Below are positions 1 through 12,080 of a stretch of DNA of 64,000 nucleotides, piece after piece (within the stretch, counting starts at the first letter, position 1; each line of letters begins with the position of its first letter). The notes beneath the pieces were generated by a model that saw only the letters and a program-made list of their open reading frames with translations, made no database searches and was not told where the DNA came from. Where the stretch lies: the NCBI GenBank assembly GCA_963768425.1, contig CAVYHV010000008.1, positions 96,001-160,000 on the forward strand, in the 5' to 3' direction. The position numbers and the translations under genes were made by a program. This DNA comes from Candidatus Bathyarchaeota archaeon. GTDB taxonomy: Archaea > Thermoproteota > Bathyarchaeia > Bathyarchaeales > Bathycorpusculaceae.

Positions 1-6
1 ATTGTC

Positions 7-903
7 GTGGCCCACGACTGGCTTTCAGCCATGGGTGGAATCACAGTTAAAAGAGAAATAGGCCTGCCGCTTGCTTTCCACGTTCATTCAACCGAAAAAG
101 GCCGTACCTTGGGTAACGGCTCGAGCGTGGTGAGCAACATCGAGTTACGAGCGGGCAAAATGGCAGATTTGGTTGTGACAGTTTCTTACGCGATGAAGGA
201 TGAGCTTATCCAGCTTGGTTTTCCTAGGGACAAGATCCAGGTTAGCTATAATGGTGTTGACCCCCAAAAATACAATCCTGCAAACGTTTCTGCCGCCGAC
301 ATTAAACGAGTTAGAAGCAGATACGGGATCGGCGATGACCAATTTATGGTTCTTTTCCTTGGCAGGCTCGTCGGCGTCAAAGGCGTTGACAAACTAATAA
401 TGGCTATGCCTCACATCTTGACTAAGATTCCTAACGCACGGCTGGTGATTGTGGGCGTCGGCGATCTGCAAGAATACTTGATGAACCTGACTAGAACCAT
501 GAGGCTTGACCAATACGTCAAGTTCTGCTTCGATTTTATCCCCGAGGAAGAACGAATCGCGCATTACGCAGCATGCGACATAGCCGTATTCCCAAGCTTC
601 TATGAACCCTTTGGCATCGTAGCGCTTGAAGCAATGAGCATGGAGAAGACAGTTGTCGTCGGCGCCGCAGGTGTCAGTGGAATGCGAGAAATAGTCATCT
701 GCTGCGGCGAAGAACAATGCGGATTCCACGTTGACCCAAACAACCCCTCCGACATCGCATGGGGAGTAATTAGCGCGCTAGAGAACCCTGAAAGGACAAA
801 GATGCTTGGGAAAAATGGCAGAAAACGCGTAATCGCCGAGTTCACCTGGAGCAAAATTGCGGCAAAAACCATCGACCTTTACGAAACAGTAGCGAAACGC
901 TGA
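7..903 (+). CDS. GT4 glycosyltransferase (glycogen synthase-like), 5'-truncated by window edge
   Basis: HDW, FLGRLVGVKG and PSFYEPFGIVALEAM GT-B/GT4 motifs. Confidence 0.9.
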   Translation: MAHDWLSAMGGITVKREIGLPLAFHVHSTEKGRTLGNGSSVVSNIELRAGKMADLVVTVSYAMKDELIQLGFPRDKIQVSYNGVDPQKYNPANVSAADIKRVRSRYGIGDDQFMVLFLGRLVGVKGVDKLIMAMPHILTKIPNARLVIVGVGDLQEYLMNLTRTMRLDQYVKFCFDFIPEEERIAHYAACDIAVFPSFYEPFGIVALEAMSMEKTVVVGAAGVSGMREIVICCGEEQCGFHVDPNNPSDIAWGVISALENPERTKMLGKNGRKRVIAEFTWSKIAAKTIDLYETVAKR

Positions 904-924
904 CAGTAGCGCTTGGCGGGATAA

Positions 925-1533
925 TTGGCCACCGACTTAAAGTCTAAGGTTGCGAGGGAAGCAGCTACTCTTCTTTATTTTGGGGCTGAGAAAGAATACA
1001 AGCAAGCCAAAACACGGGCTGCACAAACGCTGGGCACCCATTTTTTGCCTTCTAATCTGGAAGTGGCGCTGGAACTGGACAAGATTGCCGAGGAAAACGA
1101 AGGTGAAAACAGGAAAGAACGACTCGTAGAGATGCGCAGGGAAGCCTTGCAGGTTATGAAGGCTCTTAATGATTACTGTCCTGTTTTAATCGGTAGCGTC
1201 TGGCGAGGCACAATCCGCAAGGGAAGCGATATAGACATCGCAGCCTTCGCTGATGACCCGCAGGAAATCGTCGACATCCTAAAAGGTCAAGGAATAAAAC
1301 TCCTGAAAACCGCTTGGACAACCGTCAACAAACACGGCCGAACCCTGTCGTCGCTTCATTTACATGCTGAAACCGCTGCGAAGCATGGACTTGAGGTCGT
1401 CGTCCGAACCTCCGAGGAAAAAAGAGAAAAAAGGAAATGCGAGATTTTCGGCGACGAAATGAAGGGGTTACGAACTAAAAGCCTCGAAAAACTGCTCAAA
1501 GACAACCCGACTCAATGCTTTATCCCCGCTTGA
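925..1533 (+). CDS. Nucleotidyltransferase domain protein (Pol-beta superfamily)
   Basis: GSVWRG...SDIDI motif. Confidence 0.75.
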   Translation: MATDLKSKVAREAATLLYFGAEKEYKQAKTRAAQTLGTHFLPSNLEVALELDKIAEENEGENRKERLVEMRREALQVMKALNDYCPVLIGSVWRGTIRKGSDIDIAAFADDPQEIVDILKGQGIKLLKTAWTTVNKHGRTLSSLHLHAETAAKHGLEVVVRTSEEKREKRKCEIFGDEMKGLRTKSLEKLLKDNPTQCFIPA

Positions 1534-1618
1534 TCTCGAATAAAAATCTGATTTTGCCTCAAAAAGAACTTAAAGAACCGATTTCCATAATGTATTTCAA
1601 ATCTCAAATTGATGCCAA

Positions 1619-2014
1619 ATGGCCATAAACAAAGAATATCTAAAAAAGATGTTCCCAAACCTCTACGACGAGCTTGAAACGGGAGATTCCAAAATCCCGA
1701 TAGATGCTGTTCGCAAAAACCCTGAAGAGGCAGAAGCTGATATCGTCGAATGCATCGAGGAAGACATTGAATCCGAACCTGACACTGTCACGCCAGATAA
1801 ACTGCGTCACTTTACCCCTTGCGCCGTTGATTTTATCCGTCGCTGTGACACCGAAGCACAAGCAGGAGAAATAATCGATTACTTACTGAAGAAAGGTGAA
1901 ATTACCGACGAATACGCTGAAGAACTACGCTGCAAACTAAAACAGGAAGGGGTGCGAAGCTTTGGTCCCAAAAAAGAAGAAAACTATTACTTCAGAGAAG
2001 GCGGAATTTTCTAA
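1619..2014 (+). CDS. DUF2095 family protein
   Basis: KKMFPNLYDELE ... VDFIRRCDT ... GVRSFGPKKE pattern of the archaeal family. Confidence 0.7.
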   Translation: MAINKEYLKKMFPNLYDELETGDSKIPIDAVRKNPEEAEADIVECIEEDIESEPDTVTPDKLRHFTPCAVDFIRRCDTEAQAGEIIDYLLKKGEITDEYAEELRCKLKQEGVRSFGPKKEENYYFREGGIF

Positions 2015-2179
2015 TTTGTGAATTTCTTTGAACGCTAAAGAGAATCAATTGTTTTGAAGAGTTAATTAGTCTCAGGATTTGTATATGACAATCTACTCAA
2101 TCAAGTTTATGTCTATTTTTCCAACGCTGAAATTGCTCCACATTAAATGCTTATTGATTTTATGTCGGAAAACTAATAA

Positions 2180-3240
<1,061 letters not shown>

Positions 3241-3323
3241 GCCGCCAATCAATCCGAAATTCTTCCCACCCATTTCTTTTTGGGTTCAAAAATACATAAA
3301 AGTTAACCGAAGAAGTGGAGAAA

Positions 3324-4556
3324 ATGGCAAAATACAAAACACTTGATGATTTTGACGTAAAAAACAAGGTTGTTCTTGTCAGAGTAGACTTTAACTCAGA
3401 AATAGATCCCGCAACTAAGAAGGTAACAAGCGATGTGCGCATCAAAGCTCATGCAGAATCGACGCTTAAGGAGTTGGCGGAGAAAGGCGCCAAAACAGTT
3501 GTTTTAGCACATCAGGGACGGAAAGGCGACCCTGACTTCACCCCGCTCAAAGAACATGCCGCGATTCTCCAGAAGATCCTTAAATGCCCAATAAAATACG
3601 TCGACGACCTCTTTGGCGAAAAAGCAAAAATGGCGATCAAAAACCTGCAAGCAGGGGAAATTCTGGTTCTTGAAAACGTTCGTTCATGGGACGGAGAAAC
3701 CAAGAACGGGACACCAGAGGCACATAGCAAAACCGATCTCGTCCAGAACCTTGCACCCCTCGCAGACTTGTTCGTCAACGACGCTTTCGCTGCTGCACAT
3801 CGCGGACATGTATCAATGGTCGGCTTCACCGCAGTTTTGCCTTCAGCAGCGGGAAGAATCATGGAACGCGAACTGAAGTCGTTGAGTAAGTCGCTTGAGA
3901 AACCTGAACACCCATGCGTCTACGTGATGGGCGGAGCCAAAGCAGACGACGCACTTGAAATCTCAAAGTACGTCTTGGACAACGGAATAGCAGATTGCGT
4001 TCTAGTCGGCGGCGTTACTTCGCAATTGTTCCTTACAGCTAACGGCGTCAATTTAGGCAAGAAGACTATGGATTTTCTCGTTAAGAAGGAACTAATGCAG
4101 TTCGTGCCCGGCATAAAAGCGCTTCTTGCCAAATACCCAAGCAAAATAATTTTGCCCTCAGATGTCGCGTTAGATGTAGCTGGCAAACGTAAAGAAATCC
4201 CTGTCAACAAACTGCCAAATGAAAACACCATATTCGACATTGGAAAGAAAACAGTTGACGAATTCGCCGCCATTATCAGCAAAGCCAAATCCATCGTTGT
4301 CTCCGGACCAATGGGCGTCTACGAAAACAAAGAATTCAACTACGGCACCAAAGCCGTTTTAGAAGCCATCGCAAACAGCAAAGCCTTCAGCCTAGCAGGC
4401 GGCGGAAACACCATTGCAGCAATTCAAGAATACGGGCTAACCAAAAAAATCGGCTACATAAGTACCGCAGGCGGAGCACTCATCGAGTTCTTGATGGGCA
4501 AAAAACTACCAGGCGTAGTCGCGCTCGAAACAGCCGTAAATACCAAAAAAATCTAA
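3324..4556 (+). CDS. pgk: Phosphoglycerate kinase
   Basis: VRVDFN, AHQGR, NDAFAAAHR, GPMGVYE, ISTAGGA motifs. Confidence 0.96.
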   Translation: MAKYKTLDDFDVKNKVVLVRVDFNSEIDPATKKVTSDVRIKAHAESTLKELAEKGAKTVVLAHQGRKGDPDFTPLKEHAAILQKILKCPIKYVDDLFGEKAKMAIKNLQAGEILVLENVRSWDGETKNGTPEAHSKTDLVQNLAPLADLFVNDAFAAAHRGHVSMVGFTAVLPSAAGRIMERELKSLSKSLEKPEHPCVYVMGGAKADDALEISKYVLDNGIADCVLVGGVTSQLFLTANGVNLGKKTMDFLVKKELMQFVPGIKALLAKYPSKIILPSDVALDVAGKRKEIPVNKLPNENTIFDIGKKTVDEFAAIISKAKSIVVSGPMGVYENKEFNYGTKAVLEAIANSKAFSLAGGGNTIAAIQEYGLTKKIGYISTAGGALIEFLMGKKLPGVVALETAVNTKKI

Positions 4557-4598
4557 TTTCTTTCTTTTTTGTTCGTTAGGTTACGCTTTACCATAATT

Positions 4599-5333
4599 TT
4601 ACTTATGAATTTCCTCTAGAAGGTCTAGGACCGAGCTGAGGTCACTCGCTATGAAGTCGGGTTTCTGCTGACTATCCAAAAGGTCTTTCAAACTGTTGAA
4701 TTGTGAGGGGACAAAAACTGTTTTTAGTCCAGCTTCTTTGGCGCCTTTGATGTCTTCGATCGGGCTGTCGCCGATGTAAACCGCCTCGTTAGCGTGGACT
4801 TGAAGCTTTTTGAGCTCTTCTTGGAATATGTGGCTGCTTGGTTTGCGCCACCCGTTCTCTTCGGAAACTACGACTGCGTTGAAGAACGTGCTAATTCCCA
4901 GGTGCCGAAGGCTCTTGTAGATAACTGGTGCGTAGGTGAAGTTCGTGATTAAGCCAACTTTGCAGTCGGTTTGGGCTTTTTTGATTAGGTTTTTTGCGCC
5001 TTCTCTTAGCTCAAGCGTATCGATGAAGTCTTGGAAGAAAACATTCAGGGCGGCTTTGACTCGGGAATCGTTAGGGGTCACCTGAAATCCAAGGTTGCTT
5101 AGAGCTTCAGCTACCCAGATCGCGTTTGTTACTTCTCTTAGCTGTTCATAGCGCACTTTGCGGTACTTCTCATGAGCCACTGTGTAAGCCTGCACAAAAC
5201 TGTCCTCGGTAACGTCGAAGCCTTCCTTGAATAGAGCCTTGTAAAGTTTGAATCTTGAGGCTTCCATCGTGTAGCTTTTGCAGTTAACAAGCGTCCCGAC
5301 ATAATCGAATATTACCGCCTTAGTGCAACTCAT
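4599..5333 (-). CDS. HAD-superfamily hydrolase
   Basis: FDYVGTL motif I, RKP, YIGDSPIEDIKGA motif IV. Confidence 0.85.
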   Translation of the reverse strand: MSCTKAVIFDYVGTLVNCKSYTMEASRFKLYKALFKEGFDVTEDSFVQAYTVAHEKYRKVRYEQLREVTNAIWVAEALSNLGFQVTPNDSRVKAALNVFFQDFIDTLELREGAKNLIKKAQTDCKVGLITNFTYAPVIYKSLRHLGISTFFNAVVVSEENGWRKPSSHIFQEELKKLQVHANEAVYIGDSPIEDIKGAKEAGLKTVFVPSQFNSLKDLLDSQQKPDFIASDLSSVLDLLEEIHK

Positions 5334-5335
5334 AT

Positions 5336-6082
5336 TTATCGCTCTTTCTTCTCCGCACAAATTGCGTTTCTCGCAACCTCTCCAATGACCTTTCCCATTG
5401 CCGTGCCAAGCAGCTTCGTTTCCTTCCCAATTGCCTCTTCTACTTGCGGATCAAAGGGAATTGCACCAAGATAACTAAGCCCAAGCTTCTTCGTTTCAAC
5501 CTGAACGCTGTTTGCCCGATCCATCTTCATGTTTTCCACCAAGCCCAAAATCGGCATTTTTAACTCGCATAGGAGGATGGCCTGTTTCTTTACAGTTTCA
5601 AAAGCCAGCATGGAAGGTGTGGTTACTATTAGGAATTCTATTCGTTTGATTAGTCGTACCAAATCAAGGACGGCGTCTCCAATGCCTGGGGGCATGTCAA
5701 TTACTAAGAAGTCAAGTTGGCCCCACTGGGTGACTGAGAGGAGTTCGATTAAGGCATTGGATACATCCGCTCCGCGGAGGGGTGCAGGGTTGTCTCCAAC
5801 GAAGTAAATTAGCGACATGTACTGCAAGCCTTGGACGGTGGGTGGGACTATTCCTTTTTCTTCTTTAAGGACAGTTTTTTGGGCTCCGAGGATTATGTGG
5901 GTTGAGGGACCAGTAAAGTCCAAATCGAATAAGCCCACTTTGCAGCCTTCATTTGCAAGGGTCAAGGCGAGCGTGGTTGCAACCATGCTTTTTCCGACGC
6001 CGCCTTTGCCGCTTGAAACAGCGATAATTCGCCTTGTTCGGTTCAATCGTTCATGAATCACGCTTGTTCGCGGGTCAGCCAC
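5336..6082 (-). CDS. Mrp/NBP35 family ATP-binding protein
   Basis: SGKGGVGKS deviant Walker A, DMPPG, VENM. Confidence 0.9.
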   Translation of the reverse strand: MADPRTSVIHERLNRTRRIIAVSSGKGGVGKSMVATTLALTLANEGCKVGLFDLDFTGPSTHIILGAQKTVLKEEKGIVPPTVQGLQYMSLIYFVGDNPAPLRGADVSNALIELLSVTQWGQLDFLVIDMPPGIGDAVLDLVRLIKRIEFLIVTTPSMLAFETVKKQAILLCELKMPILGLVENMKMDRANSVQVETKKLGLSYLGAIPFDPQVEEAIGKETKLLGTAMGKVIGEVARNAICAEKKER

Positions 6083-6084
6083 AG

Positions 6085-6483
6085 TTATTTGGCTCCTTTT
6101 ACGCTCTCAAGCCAAACGCCACGTCCGCTGGCGATTTCAAAGTCAGGACTGCGGCATTTCGCGCACTTAATGTAGCTGTGGGCAACCTCGGGAACAAAAT
6201 GAATAGCTTCAGCTGTTTCTTTATCCATTTTATTAATGTCAAACTGCCACTCTGTCCCGCAGACCCTGCATCGGAGAGTCGTTTTTGCTTTAAGGATGCG
6301 GAATTTTGTGCATTTGAAAAGCGGTGTCTTCATTTCCGAAAGGGCAAAACGCAGAATTGGCCGTTCGACCTGCTGGAGCTCGCCAATCCGAATGGTGACC
6401 TCTAAAATTTCCTTCAGTTTTTCCTTCTCAGCAATCTCTTTCGCTGAGGCTAAAACCGCTTCGGCAAGCGACCATTCATGCAT
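6085..6483 (-). CDS. hypA: Hydrogenase nickel incorporation protein HypA
   Basis: MHEWSLA N-terminus, two CxxC, GRGV. Confidence 0.92.
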   Translation of the reverse strand: MHEWSLAEAVLASAKEIAEKEKLKEILEVTIRIGELQQVERPILRFALSEMKTPLFKCTKFRILKAKTTLRCRVCGTEWQFDINKMDKETAEAIHFVPEVAHSYIKCAKCRSPDFEIASGRGVWLESVKGAK

Positions 6484-6725
6484 AAACTCAATTATCCCGA
6501 TGGCATTTAAAAACGATTTTGCCACAGAACGGGTTTTCCAAGAATAATCATTTTTTCAGTAACCTGCAGACACAACGAGAGCCTGCCTGTCTCTTTCATC
6601 AACGGATTAGAGCAACCCCGGATTGAGCTAATCCTATTTATTCCCCAAATTAAGAACGAGATAAAAAATCTTTTATTTGAAGGCGGCTGTTTACTTAGGA
6701 TAATCCTGCGAGTTTCAAAGTTAGT

Positions 6726-8003
6726 TTAGTTGTTCTGTATTTGAGCGACTTTTCCAGTGTCTGCCCATATTTCTACGATTATACTGCCTACACCGCCTGG
6801 GTAGACTTTGTCAAGATAAAGCGTCACGGTCCACTGGGGATAGAGGGCTAGCCCGTTTTTAGTATTCGGGTGAAAAACAACTGAGAGAGGCGAGGGTAAC
6901 ACGTTGAAATTGGAGACTGTGGTGCCGTTCGCTGTCCAGCTGTAGCTTTTCACGGCGTTCAGGGCCAACTGGACCGCCTGGCTGCTGGAAACGTTGACTG
7001 TGGTACTTCCGACTGTGAACAGATACCAGTCGTCAATCAAGTCAGTCAAGTCGTTGCCTTGAAAGGTTAAGCTTACGCATTTAGGCGAGAAATCAACACC
7101 GTTCTCCGTGTACAACATAACTATCTGCGTGTCCGCGCCAGACATTGTCACGTTCAATTCGATGTTGCCTTCAGTTACTTGCATGTTCTGCATTGCGCCG
7201 CTCACCAACAAGAGGGTGCTGCTCATGTTTTCAAGGTAAGATGAGTTCTCGTAAGCTGCCAGTCTTCCCAGCAAACCTTTTGCAGCATCTAAGGCGCTGT
7301 AGGGTTGAGGCTGTGAATAGACTGGTGAACCTTCAAGCATAATAATTTGGTACCATGAAAGCTCGCCGCTTCGGAAGCGGAAGTAAACATCCATTTTGCT
7401 GTCGCTGCTTGTGAGCGAATACATCATCGTCTGCTCCAAAATCCCGCCTAAATTCGACGGCTGATCAACCGTGTCGCTGACCAAAGTCGCCTGATAATGT
7501 GTCGTATCTATTTGAGGTATTTGCTGCAGAAAATTGATCGCTGTGCTTGTCGAGGCAGTCCACGACTGCAACTGATTGTATTTTGACTGTAAATCGTTTT
7601 GTTTGATGGATGCCTGGTTCAAAGCGTTAAACTCCCAGGTCACCACGCTCGCCACAACAATAAGGGCAATTAGCGAGACTGCGAGCGCCGTCTTCAATTT
7701 GAACATTGAAGCACGCTTCTTAGGCTGAACCTCAGGCGCCTCCTCAACAACTCGCATTGTGTTGACAGCAGCCGATCCGAAAGTTGAGAGCTTGTAGATT
7801 CCATTTTCTTGTGTTACGAGTTCGCCTAAGCTTTCGAGATGGTAGGTCAGGTTGGAACTGGATACCCCAAGCAAATCAAGCATCTCTGAAAAAGTCAGGG
7901 GCTTTTCTGAGAGGACCCGAAGTATCTTTCGGCGTGCAGGATGCTTAAGTGAACTGAACATTGTTGAGTAAATCTCTTCCTGCGCATCAGGCACCTTTCT
8001 CAA
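6726..8003 (-). CDS. Membrane-anchored ArsR-type winged-helix regulator with large extracytoplasmic domain
   Basis: SLKHPARRKIL...SSNLTYHL HTH, one TM segment, Ser/Thr/Asn-rich C-terminal part ending in a PepSY-like WADTGKV. Confidence 0.75.
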   Translation of the reverse strand: MRKVPDAQEEIYSTMFSSLKHPARRKILRVLSEKPLTFSEMLDLLGVSSSNLTYHLESLGELVTQENGIYKLSTFGSAAVNTMRVVEEAPEVQPKKRASMFKLKTALAVSLIALIVVASVVTWEFNALNQASIKQNDLQSKYNQLQSWTASTSTAINFLQQIPQIDTTHYQATLVSDTVDQPSNLGGILEQTMMYSLTSSDSKMDVYFRFRSGELSWYQIIMLEGSPVYSQPQPYSALDAAKGLLGRLAAYENSSYLENMSSTLLLVSGAMQNMQVTEGNIELNVTMSGADTQIVMLYTENGVDFSPKCVSLTFQGNDLTDLIDDWYLFTVGSTTVNVSSSQAVQLALNAVKSYSWTANGTTVSNFNVLPSPLSVVFHPNTKNGLALYPQWTVTLYLDKVYPGGVGSIIVEIWADTGKVAQIQNN

Positions 8004-8384
8004 CCGCTCATATGTATTGCATTAAAGCGCTTAAAACTTTGCTGAACTAAGCTACAAGCAGTCTAAAAAAATGTGTTTACAAGGCTTGACTAGTCGCTGA
8101 GGAGTTTGTCAAGAAACCTTACAAAAATCTGTTTATTGCCAAAAAATCAGAAAATCCATGTTTTAGGAGTAAACAGGAAATGTCACAAACTAAAACGCGG
8201 CCGATAAATTCAAAAAAAGGCTACAAACCGCCGCTGGAAAAATCGCGTTATTAGGCATAGCTGTAATTTTCGTTTTAACTGCGTCAAAGTCAGGATCTGT
8301 AGAAACAGGGCGCCACTTAAAGTTTGAGAAAAGACAAATTAGAAATAAATGTTCCCCTGATACTTGTATCTTGGACGAAATGTT

Positions 8385-9933
8385 ATGACCGATGTAGTGT
8401 TCACTTTTGAGGTTCATCAGCCCCACAGGTTGAAGCGCAAGCTGTTTTGGGAAGGCAAAATTTTCAGTCGTCTCACCAAAAACGAACTATTCGACTATTA
8501 TTTTGACAACGAGAGCGACAGGGAAATCTTTAAACGAGCTGCACGCAAATGCTATTTCCCATCAAACCAAATCCTGCTCGACTCAATAGACAAACACAAA
8601 CATGACTCTAAGCAGGTCAAGGTGTCATTCAGCATCTCAGGCGTCTTCCTCGAACAATGCCAAATGTTCGACCCAGACCTGCTTGAAACCTTCAAGCAAC
8701 TTGCTCAAACCAAAAGCGTCGAATTCTTAAACCAAACCTATTACCACTCAATCGCCAGCCTTTACCCCGACAAAGAAGAATTTATCGAACAGGCGAAGAT
8801 GCACAAGCAAACCGTTAAGGACTTGCTTGGCTACACACCCAACGTTTTCGAAAACACCGAATTGCTATATAATAACACTATCGCCAAGACAGTTGAATCG
8901 TTAGGATACAAGGGCATTTACACTGAAGGGGTCGAGAAAATCCTCGGCGAAAAATCGCCCAACTATCTCTACACTCCCAAAGGCGCAAAAAAAATCCGTG
9001 TATTGCTTAGGAACTACAAGCTTACTGACGACATCGGCTTTCGATTTTCAGCAAGATGGTGGCCCGAGTGGCCGTTAACGGCGGACAAATACGCCGGTTG
9101 GCTGGCGAGTGCACCAGGTCAATGTATCAACATTTTCCCCGACTACGAAACTTTCGGCGAGCACCATTGGCCTGAAACTGGCATACACAGTTTCCTGCAG
9201 CATCTTCCGGATGAAATACTAAAGTTTGACAGCTTGCAGATGTCAACACCATCCGAAGTCATAGCCAATAATGCACCTGCAGGTGAAATCGACGTGCCTG
9301 AAGCTCAAGGGACGGTTTCATGGGCAGACGTGCAGAGAGACCAATCTGGCTGGTTAGGCAACGTGATGCAGTGGGCGTACTATACAGCGCTGCGTCGTTT
9401 GGAGCCGTTCATCAAGGAAGCCGACGACACTGAATGGCTCAGGCTGTGGCGTGATTTCCAAACAAGCGACCACCTCTACTACATGTTCACCGCAGGCGGA
9501 GGACCTGGCGAAGTGCACTCATATTTCAGCCCATACGAGTCACCTATGGACGCCTTCGCCGTGGCTCAAACCTTGCTAAACGATTTTGAATCAAGACTAA
9601 GACTATCAATCTTAACGGCAAACGAACCCTTCTTATTCAACACGGGAGTTGGAAAAGAATTTTACACGGGAACAATGGCTTGGAGCCTAAAAGGATTCAT
9701 TAAAGCTCTCTGCCAAGTCGACTCGAAAGCTATCGAGTTTCATATCCAAAACGGCGACTTTGAAAGCTGGGTAAGAAATTCTCTTAAAGACCAGAAACTG
9801 GCGTCTCAGATTAAACGAGCTTCAGGCTTCAAAAGAAAAAGGAGAAAAACTACGAGAAACACTGCTGAATTTCGCGAAGAAACGTTATGCGATATTAAAC
9901 GAACAAATTCAGGACGCAACCAAGCTGTTTTAG
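8385..9933 (+). CDS. GH57 alpha-amylase/amylopullulanase with C-terminal DUF5752-like domain; probable frameshift near 9812, end approximate
   Basis: FEVHQP, TYYHS, ENTEL, DYETFGEH, QTSDHLYY GH57 motifs; EFH...GDFESWV domain. Confidence 0.88.
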
Positions 9934-9993
9934 GAACTAACGCGTTTATAAGGAAAGTCTCACTAATAAATAACTTGGTACGGTGCATTATCG

Positions 9994-10245
9994 ATGAGAG
10001 ACGAGCTTCCCTTTCCTGACAAGGTCTTGCAGACACTGCATAACCTATGTGCGACTGCTGCTGATTTGGCGAGAAGAGGCGAAGAAGTCGCAAGGCTCCT
10101 CCAGAAAGACCCAGGTGAAATAGAAAACATCTTGGATCGCTACAAGTCTGAAGGCTTCGCTGAAAGCTTCATTGATAACGAAGGAAAGAAACGGTACTAT
10201 CTCAATGGAAGAGGAATAATTAAAGTCTGCTCGCTTTTTACGTAG
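9994..10245 (+). CDS. Small winged-helix protein
   Basis: Operonic ORF ending in wing-like GKKRYYLNGRG. Confidence 0.6.
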   Translation: MRDELPFPDKVLQTLHNLCATAADLARRGEEVARLLQKDPGEIENILDRYKSEGFAESFIDNEGKKRYYLNGRGIIKVCSLFT

Positions 10246-10252
10246 TGGAAAC

Positions 10253-10849
10253 ATGCGTGTCATCATTTTTTCTTGGGAGTATCCGCCCCGGGTCGTAGGT
10301 AAACTTGCAGAGTACGTGAAAGCGTTGTCAACCCAGCTTGTAGGCAACGGCGTAGAAGTGAACGTGGTAACTTACGACGACTCAACGACAGGAACCGCCA
10401 AAGAATCGACGGGTGTGCAAACAATTCGAGTGTCAAATCCTGTTCGAACCCACATTGGAGTATTAACTTGGGTTCTAACGCTTAACCAAGAAGTTGAACG
10501 AGCAGCGGCCAACCTTTATTATCAAACCAAAAAACAAATTGACTTAATGGATGTCTTCGATTGGCATTTTATTTCTGCGGCAGTGACCTTGAAGAATGGG
10601 TTAGGTATACCTTTTGTTTATTCCGTTGAAAGCCTAGAAGACCATCGTTCTCAAGGTCTAAGCACACCCTACAACATGGCGATTAAAAGCATTGAGTGGC
10701 TGGGTTTTTATGAGGCGGAAAAAATCAGTGTTAAATCAGAATGGATGCGCGACGAAATAGTTCGAATTTACAAGGTTCCTCAGGAAAAAATAGTAGTAGT
10801 TTCAGCCGGATCAAATTCTTGGATAAAAGAAATTCTTAGAACTCTATAG
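10253..10849 (+). CDS. GT4 N-terminal-domain-only protein
   Basis: SWEYPPRVVG N-terminus and FDW; no C-terminal EPFG domain. Confidence 0.75.
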   Translation: MRVIIFSWEYPPRVVGKLAEYVKALSTQLVGNGVEVNVVTYDDSTTGTAKESTGVQTIRVSNPVRTHIGVLTWVLTLNQEVERAAANLYYQTKKQIDLMDVFDWHFISAAVTLKNGLGIPFVYSVESLEDHRSQGLSTPYNMAIKSIEWLGFYEAEKISVKSEWMRDEIVRIYKVPQEKIVVVSAGSNSWIKEILRTL

Positions 10850-10875
10850 TAGCGTCTCAGGAGTTTTAAAGGCAA

Positions 10876-12079
10876 ATGAAAGACGACTTAACTGTAATGA
10901 TGCTAAGCTGGGAGTTTCCGCCAAGGGTAATCGGAGGAATTTCACCTCACGTTTTCTTCTTATCAAAGAGCCTTGCCAAACAGGGTGTAAAAGTTTACGT
11001 TGTAACATGCGATTTTCCTGATGCGCCGGCACATGAAGTGATTGACGGCGTAGAAGTCTACCGTATCGACTCGTACAAGAACCCGTCGCCCGACTTCGCC
11101 ACATGGGTCTACTTGATGAACCTTAACATGCAAAAAGAAACAGCGGCGCTGACGAGAAAAATCGGGAACAAAATCGATCTGCTACACTGCCACGATTGGC
11201 TTGTCGCTAACGCGGGAATAGGACTCAAACATGTTTTTCGAAAGCCTCTTTTGGTAACGATGCATTCCACTGAAATCGGAAGAAGAGATGGGTTGCACAA
11301 TGACACTGAGAAAATGATTCATGAAACTGAAGCGTGGCTAACTTATGAAGCGTGGAAGGTTGTTTGCTGCAGCGACTACATGATTTCACATGTCAAATGG
11401 GCTTTCGGACTGCCCAACGACAAGCTGGTCATGGTTCCCAACGGCGTAAACACCAGATCTACAATACGACTCTCGAGGACTTGAAGGATTTCCGAAACAA
11501 GTTCGCGTTGCCTGAAGAAAAAATAGTTCTTTTCGTAGGCAGGCTGGTGTACGAAAAAGGCATCCACATATTAATCAACGCTGTTCCTAAGATCCTGGAA
11601 AAAGTCAACGCCAAATTCATAATTGTCGGCAGCGGCTACATGAAGGAGCAGCTCCTCAACATTGTACGTAGCATGAATCTTGAACACAAAGTTCTATTCG
11701 AGGGATTTCTTGACGAACAAACCCTGCTTAAACTCCAACAGTGCGCAGACGTGTCCGTCGTGCCATCACTATTTGAACCATTTGGGATTGTAGCGTTGGA
11801 AGCTATGGCTGCAAAAAGCCCCGTCGTCGCATCAGATACGGGCGGCCTATCCGAAATCATCCAGCATGATGTAACAGGAGTTAAAGTTTACCCAAACAAC
11901 CCAGATTCATTAGCATGGGGAATAAGCAAAGTCTTACTGGACGATAGTATAGGCACCGCATCAGAGAGAACGCTTACAGGAAAGTCTTGGAAATATACGA
12001 TTGGGAAAAAATCGCGCAGCAAACCAGACGCATATACGAGGGCGTTTTAGGCGAGTATTCAAACAGTTTCTGGGCTTAA
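10876..12079 (+). CDS. GT4 glycosyltransferase (glycogen synthase-like); frameshifts near 11455 and 11950; 3' end is the integration target
   Basis: SWEFPPRVIGG, HCHDW, VGRLVYEKG, EPFGIVALEAMA; corrected frame ends ...VLGEYSNSFWA-stop at 12077-12079. Confidence 0.88.
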
Positions 12080-12080
12080 A
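12049..12080 (+). repeat. attL (18-bp core AGGCGAGTATTCAAACAG at 12049-12066 plus imperfect extension)
   Basis: Core identical to 18163-18180; the extension differs at 3 positions, all third-codon positions of the GT frame. Confidence 0.9.
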
